In this document: positions 18,741 to 27,558 of the stretch, piece after piece | Position numbering within the stretch: the stretch's first letter is position 1 | Layout of the letters: each line of letters starts with the position of its first letter | Source of the DNA: Chloroflexota bacterium | GTDB taxonomy: Bacteria > Chloroflexota > Limnocylindria > Limnocylindrales > CSP1-4 | DNA: 64,000 bases | Direction of reading: 5' to 3' | Assembly: GCA_034666965.1 (NCBI GenBank) | Contig: JAXDKT010000122.1 | Location: forward strand, 6,928-70,927 | Translations under genes and position numbers: made by a program | The notes under the pieces: generated by a model | Databases searched by the model: none | Told to the model about the DNA's origin: nothing | What the model saw: only the letters and a program-made list of their open reading frames with translations

Positions 18741-19943
18741 TCACGTCCAGGGCAGCTCCGGCCAGCGCCGCTGCCAGCGCTCGACCAGCCGAGTGGCTTC
18801 GGCGGGCCGGGTGTGAGCGGCGACCAGCGCGGTGCCGGCCCGGCGGAGCACGCGCGCACGGGCAGGATCGGCGACCAGCAGGTCGATCGTTGCGGCGATC
18901 CCGGCCGGATCGGCGGGAATGCGGCCGACAGCGCCGGCCGCGACCGCTTCCTCGAGCGCCCCGCTCGGCGTCGCCAGGACCGGGACGCCAGCGGCCATCG
19001 CGTCCAGGACGACCTTGGGGAAGCCCTCCGCCGGAGATGGGAAGACGAAGACATCCGCCGCCGCTAGCGCATCGAGGTAGGGCGCCCGATCGGCGACGAA
19101 CCCGCGCCAGTCGACCCGATCGGCGACGCCGAGCCGGGCGGCGTGGGCCACCAGGCTCGAACGGGCGGGCCCGTCGCCGATCACCGTCAGGCTGATGCCG
19201 CTCGCCCCGCGCGCCGGGGCCGCGGCCATGATCGCGAGGGCGCCCAGGAGCCGATCCACGCCCTTGCCGTCGGCCAGCCGTCCGGCCCAGGCGAGGCGGA
19301 GGTGGCCGGGCTCGCGCGGCCAGGCTCGGCTCGCGGTCGACCGGATCTCGTCCTCCTCGACCAGGCTCGTGACGATGCCATCGCCGGCCAGCCGCCGGCC
19401 GACGACGACACGGTCGCCGCCGATCGAGCTCAGCCGACCCAGTCCGTCATAGGCCCGTCCGACGAGCCCGGCGCCGATCCGGGCGAACCCGCGACGATCC
19501 TGTCCGGCGGCCACGTCGGCCGCGCGGCCCGCGACATAGCCGAAGCGCGGCACGCCGGCGCTGCGCGCCAGGGCCGCCGCCAGGGGAGCGTTGGAGGCGG
19601 GGACCTTGAGCCAGACGAGATCGGCCGAGCGGATCACCGGCCGCAGGGTCGCCGCGTTGCGGCGGGTCAGCGCCGGGGCATGACGGAGATAGCCGGCGAT
19701 CCCGTTGAACGGCACGGTGCCGACCACATGGATACGCGGGTCGAGCGGCAGGCTGGCGGGCCGCTCCATCGCCGGACGGAGGGGCACACAATGATCGATC
19801 CGCTCGACCGGCTGCCGCCCGTCCGGCCCGATCACGTCGAGTACCGCCGCGACGAAGCGGTGGAAGGTGGCATTGGCCGGATAGACCCGCCCGTCCCAGG
19901 CCAGATGCGGGTTGTCGTCCACCAGCGCGATCCGGATTCCCAT
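18741..19943 (-). CDS. GT4-family (GT-B) glycosyltransferase
   Basis: C-terminal GT1/GT4 signature FVFPSPAEGFPKVVLDAMAAGVPVLAT. About 400 aa. It could be an SqdX-type sulfoquinovosyltransferase, but this cannot be told from sequence alone. Confidence 0.7.
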   Translation of the reverse strand: MGIRIALVDDNPHLAWDGRVYPANATFHRFVAAVLDVIGPDGRQPVERIDHCVPLRPAMERPASLPLDPRIHVVGTVPFNGIAGYLRHAPALTRRNAATLRPVIRSADLVWLKVPASNAPLAAALARSAGVPRFGYVAGRAADVAAGQDRRGFARIGAGLVGRAYDGLGRLSSIGGDRVVVGRRLAGDGIVTSLVEEDEIRSTASRAWPREPGHLRLAWAGRLADGKGVDRLLGALAIMAAAPARGASGISLTVIGDGPARSSLVAHAARLGVADRVDWRGFVADRAPYLDALAAADVFVFPSPAEGFPKVVLDAMAAGVPVLATPSGALEEAVAAGAVGRIPADPAGIAATIDLLVADPARARVLRRAGTALVAAHTRPAEATRLVERWQRRWPELPWT

Positions 19944-19949
19944 CGTGGA

Positions 19950-21512
19950 TCAGCGCTCCTCGCCCGGCTCGCGCTCGCCAATCAGCAGCTCGGCCGCCTC
20001 GTCGCCTCCGCGCAGCCCGACCAGGTGACCCGTCCGCCGGCCACGCAGCCGGTCGATCCCGGCGCGCAGAGTCCGTCCCAGGGCCACGAGGTCGCTCCGG
20101 CGGACGACCAGGGTCTCGATCACGCCTCGACCGGACAACCGCCGGAACGCGAGCAGGGTCAGGCCCGCGGTGAGGATGTACGAGAGCGATGAGCTGGCGG
20201 CGGCGCCGTTGATCCCGAACCGCGGGATGAGCACGAGATTGGCGCCGACGTTCGTGGCCAGGCCGGTGACCAGGATCAGCGTCCCGATCCCGGGTCGGCC
20301 GCGCCCCACGATGTAGCGCGAGAGCACGGCCACCACGCTGTAGGCGACGACACCGGGCAGGATCAACCGCAGTGCGACGCCGGCATCGGTGAACCGCGAG
20401 CCATAGAAGATCCGGACCAGGCGGGGGCCGAAAACAAACGCCGGCACCGCCGTGACGAGCGCCACGGCCAGGGTCGTGCGGGTCAGCACCGCGGCGATCC
20501 GGCCGGCATCCGTCCGTGGGTCGACGGCCCGGCTGAACATGACCGTGCCGAGTGCGTTGGGGACGTACCACAGGGTCTCCGCCAGGCCGCTCGTGACCGA
20601 ATAGATGCCCGTGGCGCGGACCCCGACGATGAGGTTGACCAGGAAGGCGTCGGACCGGAACTGGAGCCGCTCGGCGATCGTGCCGACGATCGCGCGGCTG
20701 CCGAAATGGAGCTCCTCGGCCAGGAGCGGACCCGATGGCCGAAGCGAGAACGTTCCGTCGCGGCGGGCGACCCAGCTGATCGCGATCACGGTGATCGCCA
20801 GCGCGACCAGATTCATGACCAGGGCGACGTCGAGGCTGAGCCGGGCGATCGCGGCGGCCCCGACGGCCAGGGCCAGGAGCAGCGCGCGGCGCAGGACCCG
20901 GATCTGGTTGTAGGCCAGGATCTGGCCTCGACCGAGCAGCGCGAACAGCCCGACGGCGAAGAACAGCTCACCCGGGATCGCCAGGGCGGCAAACAGGAAC
21001 TGCTGCGCCGACAGGTTCGGGATCAAGCTCGCCAGCGGCCCGTCGGGTCGGATGTCGGTCGGCAGGCCATAGGCCCAGCAGGCCAGCACGACACAGAACC
21101 CGCCGACCCCGGCCGACCAGATCAGGGCGTTGGCGAAACCGCGTCGGGCGGTCTCGGGATCGCGCCTGGACACGACGCCGAGGGCGCTGTCCATGCCCCA
21201 GCCGGCGACCAGTGCGGCCAGCTGCGAGGTCAGCAGGACCAGCGCGAAGCGGCCCCTGGCGGACGGCCCGAGGAGGCGGGCCAGGGCGATGTCGGTGGCG
21301 AAGATGACGACCGCGAGGACGAACCGGGTGACGATCGTGATGATCGCGTCGTTGATGAGCGGGGCGTGGGCGGGGGTCTGGTTGGTGCCGAGGGCAGCGC
21401 TCGAGCCAGGGGCCGGGCTCGGGCCGGGATTCGCCGCCGGAGGATCGGCCGAGACGCCGGCGTCGGCCGCGTCGGCCCCCGGCCCACTCCGGCGATCCGG
21501 AGGCTCGTTCAC
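19950..21512 (-). CDS. polysaccharide biosynthesis protein / Wzx-like flippase (MOP superfamily)
   Basis: A 12-14 TM protein in the Wzx/MurJ-like family. The N-terminal 60 aa is low-complexity, so the start may be internal. It overlaps the epimerase stop by 4 nt. Confidence 0.6.
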   Translation of the reverse strand: MNEPPDRRSGPGADAADAGVSADPPAANPGPSPAPGSSAALGTNQTPAHAPLINDAIITIVTRFVLAVVIFATDIALARLLGPSARGRFALVLLTSQLAALVAGWGMDSALGVVSRRDPETARRGFANALIWSAGVGGFCVVLACWAYGLPTDIRPDGPLASLIPNLSAQQFLFAALAIPGELFFAVGLFALLGRGQILAYNQIRVLRRALLLALAVGAAAIARLSLDVALVMNLVALAITVIAISWVARRDGTFSLRPSGPLLAEELHFGSRAIVGTIAERLQFRSDAFLVNLIVGVRATGIYSVTSGLAETLWYVPNALGTVMFSRAVDPRTDAGRIAAVLTRTTLAVALVTAVPAFVFGPRLVRIFYGSRFTDAGVALRLILPGVVAYSVVAVLSRYIVGRGRPGIGTLILVTGLATNVGANLVLIPRFGINGAAASSSLSYILTAGLTLLAFRRLSGRGVIETLVVRRSDLVALGRTLRAGIDRLRGRRTGHLVGLRGGDEAAELLIGEREPGEER

Positions 21513-22486
21513 TCGGAGCCGGACGCGGCGTGGGGCACGATCGCAGCCAGGCCCGGATCGGCCAGCGCGGTGCGGAACCAGGCTGCGGTCCGGGCGATGC
21601 CCTCGGCCAGCGGGACCGTCGCGCGGTACCCGAGGCGCTCGGCCGCCTTGTCGACGCGACTGACGTTGCGCCGGACGTCGCCCGCCCGGGCCGGCCGATG
21701 ACGCACCTCGAGCCGCCGGCCGACGGCCGCCTGGATGGTCTCGGCGAGCTCGTTCACCGTGGTCTCGATCCCTGTCCCGGCCTGGAACAGCTCGCCGGCC
21801 ACGGTGGCCTCGGGCGCATCGATCGCCGCCCGGACGGCGTCCGCAAGGTCGTCAACGAAGACGAAGTCACGGGTCTGCCGGCCGTCGCCGTGGATCTCGA
21901 TCGGAGCGCCGGTCAGGGCGGCCCGCAGCCAGGCCGCCACCACGCTGCGCTTGTGGAGCGAGCGTGGGCCGTAGGCGTTTGAAAAGCGGAGGGCACAGGC
22001 GGCCAGGCCGTAGGTCGCCGCGTAAGCCTGGCAGTAGGCCTCGCCCGCGAGCTTGGACGCGCCGTAGGGCGAGACCGGATGGGGCAGGTCGAGCTCGTCG
22101 GCCGGCGGTTCGTGATCGCCCGCGGCCGCATTCGAGCTGGCGAAGACGAACCGGCGCACACCGCCCAGCCGCGCCGCGTCGAGAACGTCGAGCAACCGAG
22201 CGACATTGGCCTCGAACGTGCCCACTGGATCGGTCACGGAATCGGGGATGCCCGCCCGGGCGGCCAGATGGACGACCGCGTCCACCCCGTCGACCGCCTC
22301 GTCGATCGCGGCGCGGTCGGCCAGCGACCGGGCGATGAGCTGGTGGGGGACCCCGTCGAGATAGGCCGGGTTGCCCATCGAGAGGTCGTCGAGGATCCGG
22401 ACCCGATCGCCTGCCGCAGCCAACCGGGCCGCGAGGTTCGATCCAATGAACCCGGCTCCGCCGGTGATCAGGACCGTTCGCGTCAC
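21509..22486 (-). CDS. NAD-dependent nucleotide-sugar epimerase/dehydratase (GalE-like SDR)
   Basis: TGGAGFIGSNL Rossmann motif and a YGASK catalytic Tyr-x3-Lys. The start was set at GTG 22486, preceded by GGAGGGGG 8 nt upstream and 19 nt after the sqdB stop (read on the minus strand). The longer ORF to 22585 was rejected. Confidence 0.75.
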   Translation of the reverse strand: MTRTVLITGGAGFIGSNLAARLAAAGDRVRILDDLSMGNPAYLDGVPHQLIARSLADRAAIDEAVDGVDAVVHLAARAGIPDSVTDPVGTFEANVARLLDVLDAARLGGVRRFVFASSNAAAGDHEPPADELDLPHPVSPYGASKLAGEAYCQAYAATYGLAACALRFSNAYGPRSLHKRSVVAAWLRAALTGAPIEIHGDGRQTRDFVFVDDLADAVRAAIDAPEATVAGELFQAGTGIETTVNELAETIQAAVGRRLEVRHRPARAGDVRRNVSRVDKAAERLGYRATVPLAEGIARTAAWFRTALADPGLAAIVPHAASGSE

Positions 22487-22505
22487 CGGCCTGGTCCCCC
22501 TCCGA

Positions 22506-23705
22506 TCAGGAGCCCACCGCGACGACGCTGCGACCGGCCGGGATCCAGCGGACGTGCCTGACGAAGGCGCCCTGGTCGATCGCATCGCGCCGGTCGTGGA
22601 TCTTGAGCAGCATCGTGTCGATCAGCTCCTTGTTGAGGAGCCGGGGCTGGAGCCCGAGGTCGAGCAGCTTGGAATGGCGGGCGTTGTAGTAATGGTCCTC
22701 GGCCTCCTTGCGCGGGTTGGCCGGGTGATCGATGGTCACGGTCCAGCCCAGCTGGCCGGCGGCATCCTGAACTCGCTCGGCCAGCTCCAGGACGCTGAAC
22801 TGCTCGGTGAACTGGTTGAAGACCCGCAGCTCGCCCGGGTCGGCCGGGCTGGTGATCGCCAGGTTCACGCACTGGATCGTGTCCCGGATGTTGAGGTAGC
22901 CGCGAGTCTGGCCGCCCCGGCCGTAGACGGTCAGCGGGAAGCCGACCGCCGCCTGGGCGCAGAACCGGTTGAGCGCCGTGCCAAAGACCTCGTCGTAGTG
23001 GAAGCTGGTGGCCAGCCGCGGATCGAGGGCGGATTCGTCGGTCTCGACGCCATAGACCACACCCTGGTTGAGGTCGGTCGCGCGCAGCCCCCAGATCCTG
23101 GTCGCAAAGTGGATGTTGTGGCTGTCGTGGACCTTGCTCAGGTGATACATCGAGCCCGGGGTCTTGGGATACAGGAAGGTGTGGCTGCGGCCGTTGTGGT
23201 CGACCGTCAGGTAGCCCTCCTCGATGTCGATGTCGGGCGTCCCGTACTCGCCCATGGTCCCCAGTTTGACCAGGTGACTCTCGGGGGAGCGGTCGCGGAT
23301 GGCGAAGATGACATTGAGCGTGCCGACGACGTTGTTGGCCTGGGTGTAGGTGGCGTGGCGGACGTCGATCATCGAATACGGGGCCGAGGGCTGCTCGCCG
23401 TAGTGGACGATCGCGTCCGGCTGGAGATCGCCGATCAAGCCCTCGACGAAGCCATAGTCGGTCAGGTCGCCGACGTGGACCTCGATCTCGTTGCCGGTCA
23501 CCTCGCGCCAGGCGGCCACCCGTCCGTGGAGGGTCGGGATCGGGAAGAGCGGTGTGACGCCGAGCTCGAGCTCCCACTGGCGCTTGGCGAAGTTGTCGAC
23601 GATTGCGACGCGGTGGCCGGCGCTCGACAGCGCCATCGCCGTGGGCCAACCCAGGTAGCCGTCGCCGCCGAGGACGAGGATTCGCAACGCCACCTGTCCC
23701 TCCAT
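22506..23705 (-). CDS. sqdB: UDP-sulfoquinovose synthase (SQD1/SqdB/Agl3 family)
   Basis: ILVLGGDGYLGW Rossmann motif. The active-site stretch GSMYHLSKVHDSHNIHFATRIWGLRATDLNQGVVYG is nearly identical to plant/cyanobacterial SQD1 (YHLSKVHDSHN). Start at ATG 23705; the upstream Arg-rich extension was rejected. Confidence 0.75.
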   Translation of the reverse strand: MEGQVALRILVLGGDGYLGWPTAMALSSAGHRVAIVDNFAKRQWELELGVTPLFPIPTLHGRVAAWREVTGNEIEVHVGDLTDYGFVEGLIGDLQPDAIVHYGEQPSAPYSMIDVRHATYTQANNVVGTLNVIFAIRDRSPESHLVKLGTMGEYGTPDIDIEEGYLTVDHNGRSHTFLYPKTPGSMYHLSKVHDSHNIHFATRIWGLRATDLNQGVVYGVETDESALDPRLATSFHYDEVFGTALNRFCAQAAVGFPLTVYGRGGQTRGYLNIRDTIQCVNLAITSPADPGELRVFNQFTEQFSVLELAERVQDAAGQLGWTVTIDHPANPRKEAEDHYYNARHSKLLDLGLQPRLLNKELIDTMLLKIHDRRDAIDQGAFVRHVRWIPAGRSVVAVGS

Positions 23706-23814
23706 GCATGCCGGCCGGGACGTGGCGGGCGGCCAGCGCCGTCGGGCTCGCTGGAGTCTACAACGGAGTCCATATCGTCGTGACCGAGCGACGGGACGGG
23801 TGTACCCTCGCGCC

Positions 23815-25278
23815 ATGCTGGTTCGCCAGTTCGCGGTCGCCGGCCTCGGACACCTGTCAACGCTGATCGCCGACGAAGCGACCGGCCAGGCGGCGGTCGT
23901 CGATCCCCGCCGGGACGTCGACGCCTACGTGACCGCCGCCCACGAGCTGGGTCTCCAGATCACCCACGCCGTCGAGACCCATCTCCACAACGACTATGTC
24001 TCGGGCGGCCGCGAGCTTGGCGCAGCGACCGGCGCCGACCAGGTCATCGGCGCGGGCGCCGAGTTGCGCCATCCGCACCGAGCGGTGGGTCACGGCGAGT
24101 CGTTCCAGGTCGGCGGGCTGCGCTTCACCGCCCTCGAGACGCCCGGCCACACGCCCGAGCACGTGGCCTACGCCGTCACCGACACCGCGCGCGCTGACGA
24201 GCCGGTCCTGATGTTCACGGGCGGCTCGTTGCTCGTCGGTTCGGTCGGCCGGACGGACCTCCTCGGCAATGCTGCCGCCCTGCCCGGCGCGCGGGCCATG
24301 TTCCAGTCGCTCCACGAGGTCGTCCTGACCCACCAGGACTTCGTTGAGGTGTATCCGACCCACGGCGCCGGGTCCCTGTGCTCGACCGGGATCTCGGCCA
24401 CGGCTCATTCCACGATCGGTTTCGAGCGTCGCCATAATCCGCTGCTCCAACCCCGCGAGGTAGATGCCTTTGCTCGGGCCCTGCTGTCTGGCCAGCCGAC
24501 CGTTCCCCCGTACTTCGCCCGGATGCGCCCGACGAACCAGGCCGGCCCGCGGGTCCTCGGCGGCGTGCCTAGCCCGGCGCCCGTCGGCGTGACCGCGGCC
24601 CGGGAGGCTGTCGCCGATGGAGCGCTCCTGATCGACCTGCGTCCGCCCGCGCAGTTTGCGAGCGGCCACGTCCCGGGTTCGCTGTCGATCCCCTCGGACG
24701 AGTCGTTCGGGACCTGGCTTGGCTGGGTGGTGACCGATCCGGATCGGCCGCTGATCCTGATCCTCGACGCGGAGGCGGATTGGGACGATGCCGTCCGGCA
24801 GGCGCTCCGGATCGGGTTCGAGTCGACCGTCGGCTATCTCGAGGGCGGCTTCCCGGCGTGGGCCGCAAGTGGGCTGCCGACCGAGTCGAGCGGCATCCTG
24901 AACGTGGACGAGCTGGCTGCCGCGCTGTCCGGTGGCGGGCCGGACGCTCCGCTCCTGATCGACGTTCGCCAGGCGTCCGAGATCGAGTCCGGCCACGTTC
25001 CGGGTGCCATCCCCATTGGCGCGGCAGATCTGCCCGAACGCCTGGCCGGGTTCCCCCGCGACCGGCCGCTGGCGACGATCTGCGCCGGCGGATTCCGATC
25101 GTCGATCGCCGCGTCGCTGCTCAAGACCGCCGGGTTCGAGCGGGTCTCGTCGGTGGCCGGGGGGGTTTCGGCCTGGGCGGCCGCCGGATTGCCGCTCGAG
25201 CGTGGCGCCGCCAGTGCCCGGCTGCCCGAGCCGATCGCCGCGGCTGCATCCGGAGGCGGCTCGGCCCACTCGCACTGA
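23815..25278 (+). CDS. CstB-like persulfide dioxygenase (MBL fold) fused to two rhodanese domains
   Basis: N-terminal MBL-fold motif THLHNDYVSGG. Two C-terminal rhodanese modules; the last carries the active-site loop ICAGGFRSS (CxGGxR). The ATG at 23815 is divergent from sqdB, with a 109-bp gap. Confidence 0.7.
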   Translation: MLVRQFAVAGLGHLSTLIADEATGQAAVVDPRRDVDAYVTAAHELGLQITHAVETHLHNDYVSGGRELGAATGADQVIGAGAELRHPHRAVGHGESFQVGGLRFTALETPGHTPEHVAYAVTDTARADEPVLMFTGGSLLVGSVGRTDLLGNAAALPGARAMFQSLHEVVLTHQDFVEVYPTHGAGSLCSTGISATAHSTIGFERRHNPLLQPREVDAFARALLSGQPTVPPYFARMRPTNQAGPRVLGGVPSPAPVGVTAAREAVADGALLIDLRPPAQFASGHVPGSLSIPSDESFGTWLGWVVTDPDRPLILILDAEADWDDAVRQALRIGFESTVGYLEGGFPAWAASGLPTESSGILNVDELAAALSGGGPDAPLLIDVRQASEIESGHVPGAIPIGAADLPERLAGFPRDRPLATICAGGFRSSIAASLLKTAGFERVSSVAGGVSAWAAAGLPLERGAASARLPEPIAAAASGGGSAHSH

Positions 25279-25329
25279 GCCCGGCCGCGGCCACGCGCAC
25301 CGACTCAGTCCTACCCCGCGGGCCTGTGC

Positions 25330-25482
25330 CCCGAACCCGGCCCCTGAGCCCGGCCCCGGCTCCCGCCCTGAGCCCGGCCCCGAGCCCGGCCCCGAGCCCG
25401 GCCCCTGAGCCCGGCCCCTGAGCCCGGCCCCGGTCCCGCCCCTTGAGCCCGGTCCCGCCCCCTGAGCCCGGCCCGGCCCGGC
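25330..25482. repeat. tandem array of about 10 copies of a 12-nt unit (T)GAGCCCGGCCCC
   Basis: It begins directly after the CstB-like stop. No credible ORF covers it; it only gives Pro/Glu/Gly low-complexity frames. Confidence 0.7.
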
Positions 25483-25799
25483 ATCCAGGTCGACCCCCGG
25501 GCCCAGTGGGCGGCTCTATCAGCCGACGCGACTGCTGTTGTTCTTCCCAGTACGACAAACGCCGCTGGACACGCTAGCCGGGCCCCGCCTGGCGGGGGTT
25601 CTTGCGTCGGATCGGGCGCCCTGGGCTGATTTGAACGGGCCGCCGACTCAGTTTCCGCCGACACGGCCTTGGAGCGGCCGTCCCGCGGCGGCCAAGGATC
25701 CGACCGACCGCGGCGGCCAGGCTTCCGCCAGCTGCGGCGTACCGTTGTCGTCCGGTTTGTCGCTTGGAGAAGAACAACGCGTCGGCCGGACGCCGACCC

Positions 25800-25990
25800 G
25801 ACGACCACCGGACCACCCGCCGACCACCGGACCACCCGGCGACCACCGGACCAACCGCCGACCCGACGACGGCCACACGACCACCGGACGACCTGATGCC
25901 GACCCGGCGACCACCCGACGACCACCGGACCAACCGCCGACCCGACGACGACCACACGACCACCGGACGACCTGACGCCGACCCGCACGG
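25800..25990. repeat. nested tandem repeats: 19-20-nt unit CGACCACCGGACCACCCGC x3, then two ~65-80-nt units (GACCACCGGACCAACCGCCGACCCGACGACG.CCACACGACCACCGGACGACCTGA.GCCGACCCG)
   Basis: Direct read of 25801-25990. The region is intergenic (801 bp with no plausible CDS). Confidence 0.65.
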
Positions 25991-26079
25991 GACGACCCGA
26001 CGACCACGCGACGACGACGCAGCGACGTGACCCTCCAGCCGCCCCGTCGCGGGACCGGCCGTCCTCGGGGTCAGCGACC

Positions 26080-26895
26080 TCAGCCCTCTGTCGCGCCGGT
26101 GCGTCGGACAGGAGGTCGCGGCTCCACGACGCGGCTCGAGGGGCCGTCTCGAGCGGGCCGGCCTGGGATCGACGGGATCCGACTCGAGCGAACGATTCCA
26201 TCCAGCCACACGATCCCGTCGCCGGGCCACCGGTCGATCGGGTCGGCGAGGGCAGCGATCAGGCGCTCCGATGCGATCGGGAACGCGGCCCGAATGATCT
26301 CCGGATGGGCCGCGGCGAGAGCACGGTGGTGACGGGTTGGAGGCAGCACCAGCAGGACATGGACGCTCCGACCGATCTCGGACGCCCGGACCGCGGCCCG
26401 CTTCTCCGCGCATTCACGCACGATCGCTTCGAGCGCGTGGACGCGCGTCTCGACCTCGACCAGCACGATCTCGGCGCCGCGCTCGAGGCGGACATCGGTC
26501 GATCGCCGACCTGCGCCGGGAACTGGCGACTCGATGATGGCCCGCCAGGCCGCGTGGCGCAGCTCGAGCAATCGCTCGACGATCCGCGCATGTGCAGCGT
26601 CGTAGATGATGGGGTCACGGTCCGCATACAGGGCCATCCGGAACTCGGCGCCCAGGGCGGCGGCTGCTCGGGCTCGGATTCGGACCGACACGTCGGGGTC
26701 GCCCTGCTCCATCCGACAGATCACTGACCGCGTCACGCCGATGGCGCGAGCGACCGCTGCCTGGCTCACTCCGGCCCGCACCCGTAGCTGGCGGTAGTCC
26801 TCGGCGGCTCGGGTGGAGCTCCGCCTCAGGGCACGATCGCCGTCATTGATCGCCGATCGGCTGCTCCCGTGCAGGCGCATGTTCAGCACTCGCAT
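26080..26895 (-). CDS. XRE-family HTH transcriptional regulator with uncharacterised C-terminal domain
   Basis: HTH_XRE segment LRVRAGVSQAAVARAIGVTRSVICRMEQGD. The C-terminal about 150 aa has a D...EVE-type pattern that may be nuclease-like. The start is ambiguous: ATG candidates at 26943, 26895 and 26880. Confidence 0.5.
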   Translation of the reverse strand: MRVLNMRLHGSSRSAINDGDRALRRSSTRAAEDYRQLRVRAGVSQAAVARAIGVTRSVICRMEQGDPDVSVRIRARAAAALGAEFRMALYADRDPIIYDAAHARIVERLLELRHAAWRAIIESPVPGAGRRSTDVRLERGAEIVLVEVETRVHALEAIVRECAEKRAAVRASEIGRSVHVLLVLPPTRHHRALAAAHPEIIRAAFPIASERLIAALADPIDRWPGDGIVWLDGIVRSSRIPSIPGRPARDGPSSRVVEPRPPVRRTGATEG

Positions 26896-26947
26896 CTCTC
26901 TGACGCAGCCGACGCACACCGGAGCGATCCTCGTCCGCGGCAACGCC

Positions 26948-27010
26948 GCATTCCTGGCGGTCGGCCGCGGGGCATTCCTGGCGGTCGGCCGCGGGGCATT
27001 CCTGGCGGTC
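26948..27010. repeat. 2.6 tandem copies of a 25-nt unit GCATTCCTGGCGGTCGGCCGCGGGG immediately upstream of (or overlapping the 5' end of) the XRE regulator gene
   Basis: Direct read. The position suggests operator iterons for the adjacent regulator. Confidence 0.55.
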
Positions 27011-27296
27011 GTTCTTTCAAGGAGAACAAACGGCTCTCAATTCGCCGTTATCTGGTCCATCGAGCCGCAACCGCACTCGACGGGAGGGACTGCGGAGCGT
27101 GAGAGATCCACTTCGCTATCACGGATCGACATCCGGGCGTGGCACCGCCTCAACCCTCAGGGGCTGCTCGGCCAGACGGGTGCCACATGCGTGCCACCGG
27201 ACCCTCGGCGTAGCGTTTGTTCCTCCACGAAGAACACTGGCCGGCGCCGGAGGGCAGGCCAGGAACGTTGGGCCCGGCTTGGACCGAGGACTCCGT

Positions 27297-27530
27297 TGGC
27301 ACGCCCCGCGCGGACGGCGGCTCGCCGCGCGCACGGACGGCGGGCCTCGCCACGCCGCGCGCTCGGACGGCGGCTCGCCGCGCACCGCCGCGCTCGGACG
27401 GCGGGCCTCGCCTCGCCCCGCGCGGACGGCGGCACGCCGCCACGGGCCTCGCACCGCCCCGCGCGGACGGCGGCTCGCCGCGCGCACGGACGGCGGGCCT
27501 CGCCACGCAGCGCACTCGGACGGCGGCTCC
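27297..27530. repeat. array of ~10 imperfect 23-26-nt tandem units (CGCGCGGACGGCGGCTCGCCG / CGCACGGACGGCGGGCCTCGCCACG alternating)
   Basis: Direct read. It lies in the 600-bp gap downstream of the NRAMP-like gene and upstream of the XRE gene (same strand). Confidence 0.65.
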
Positions 27531-27539
27531 GAGGCACAC

Positions 27540-27558
27540 CCGGGACGTCAGGTCCCGG
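27540..27558 (-). terminator. 7-bp stem hairpin CCGGGAC-gtcag-GTCCCGG enclosing the stop codon of the NRAMP-like gene
   Basis: Plus-strand 27540-27558. The TGA (minus) at 27550..27548 lies in the loop. There is no U-tract. Confidence 0.3.

Noticed and set aside
18741-23705. Calling the minus-strand operon a classical sqdB-sqdX sulfolipid operon
   Set aside because: The presence of a Wzx-type flippase, extra GT2 enzymes and a nucleotide-sugar epimerase fits a glycan pathway at least as well. I left the GT4 unassigned.
25004-25408. ORF encoding PEPGPEPGPEPG repeat peptide over the 12-nt array
   Set aside because: It starts inside the 3' end of the CstB-like gene in another frame and is entirely low-complexity. 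It is a repeat-driven frame artefact.
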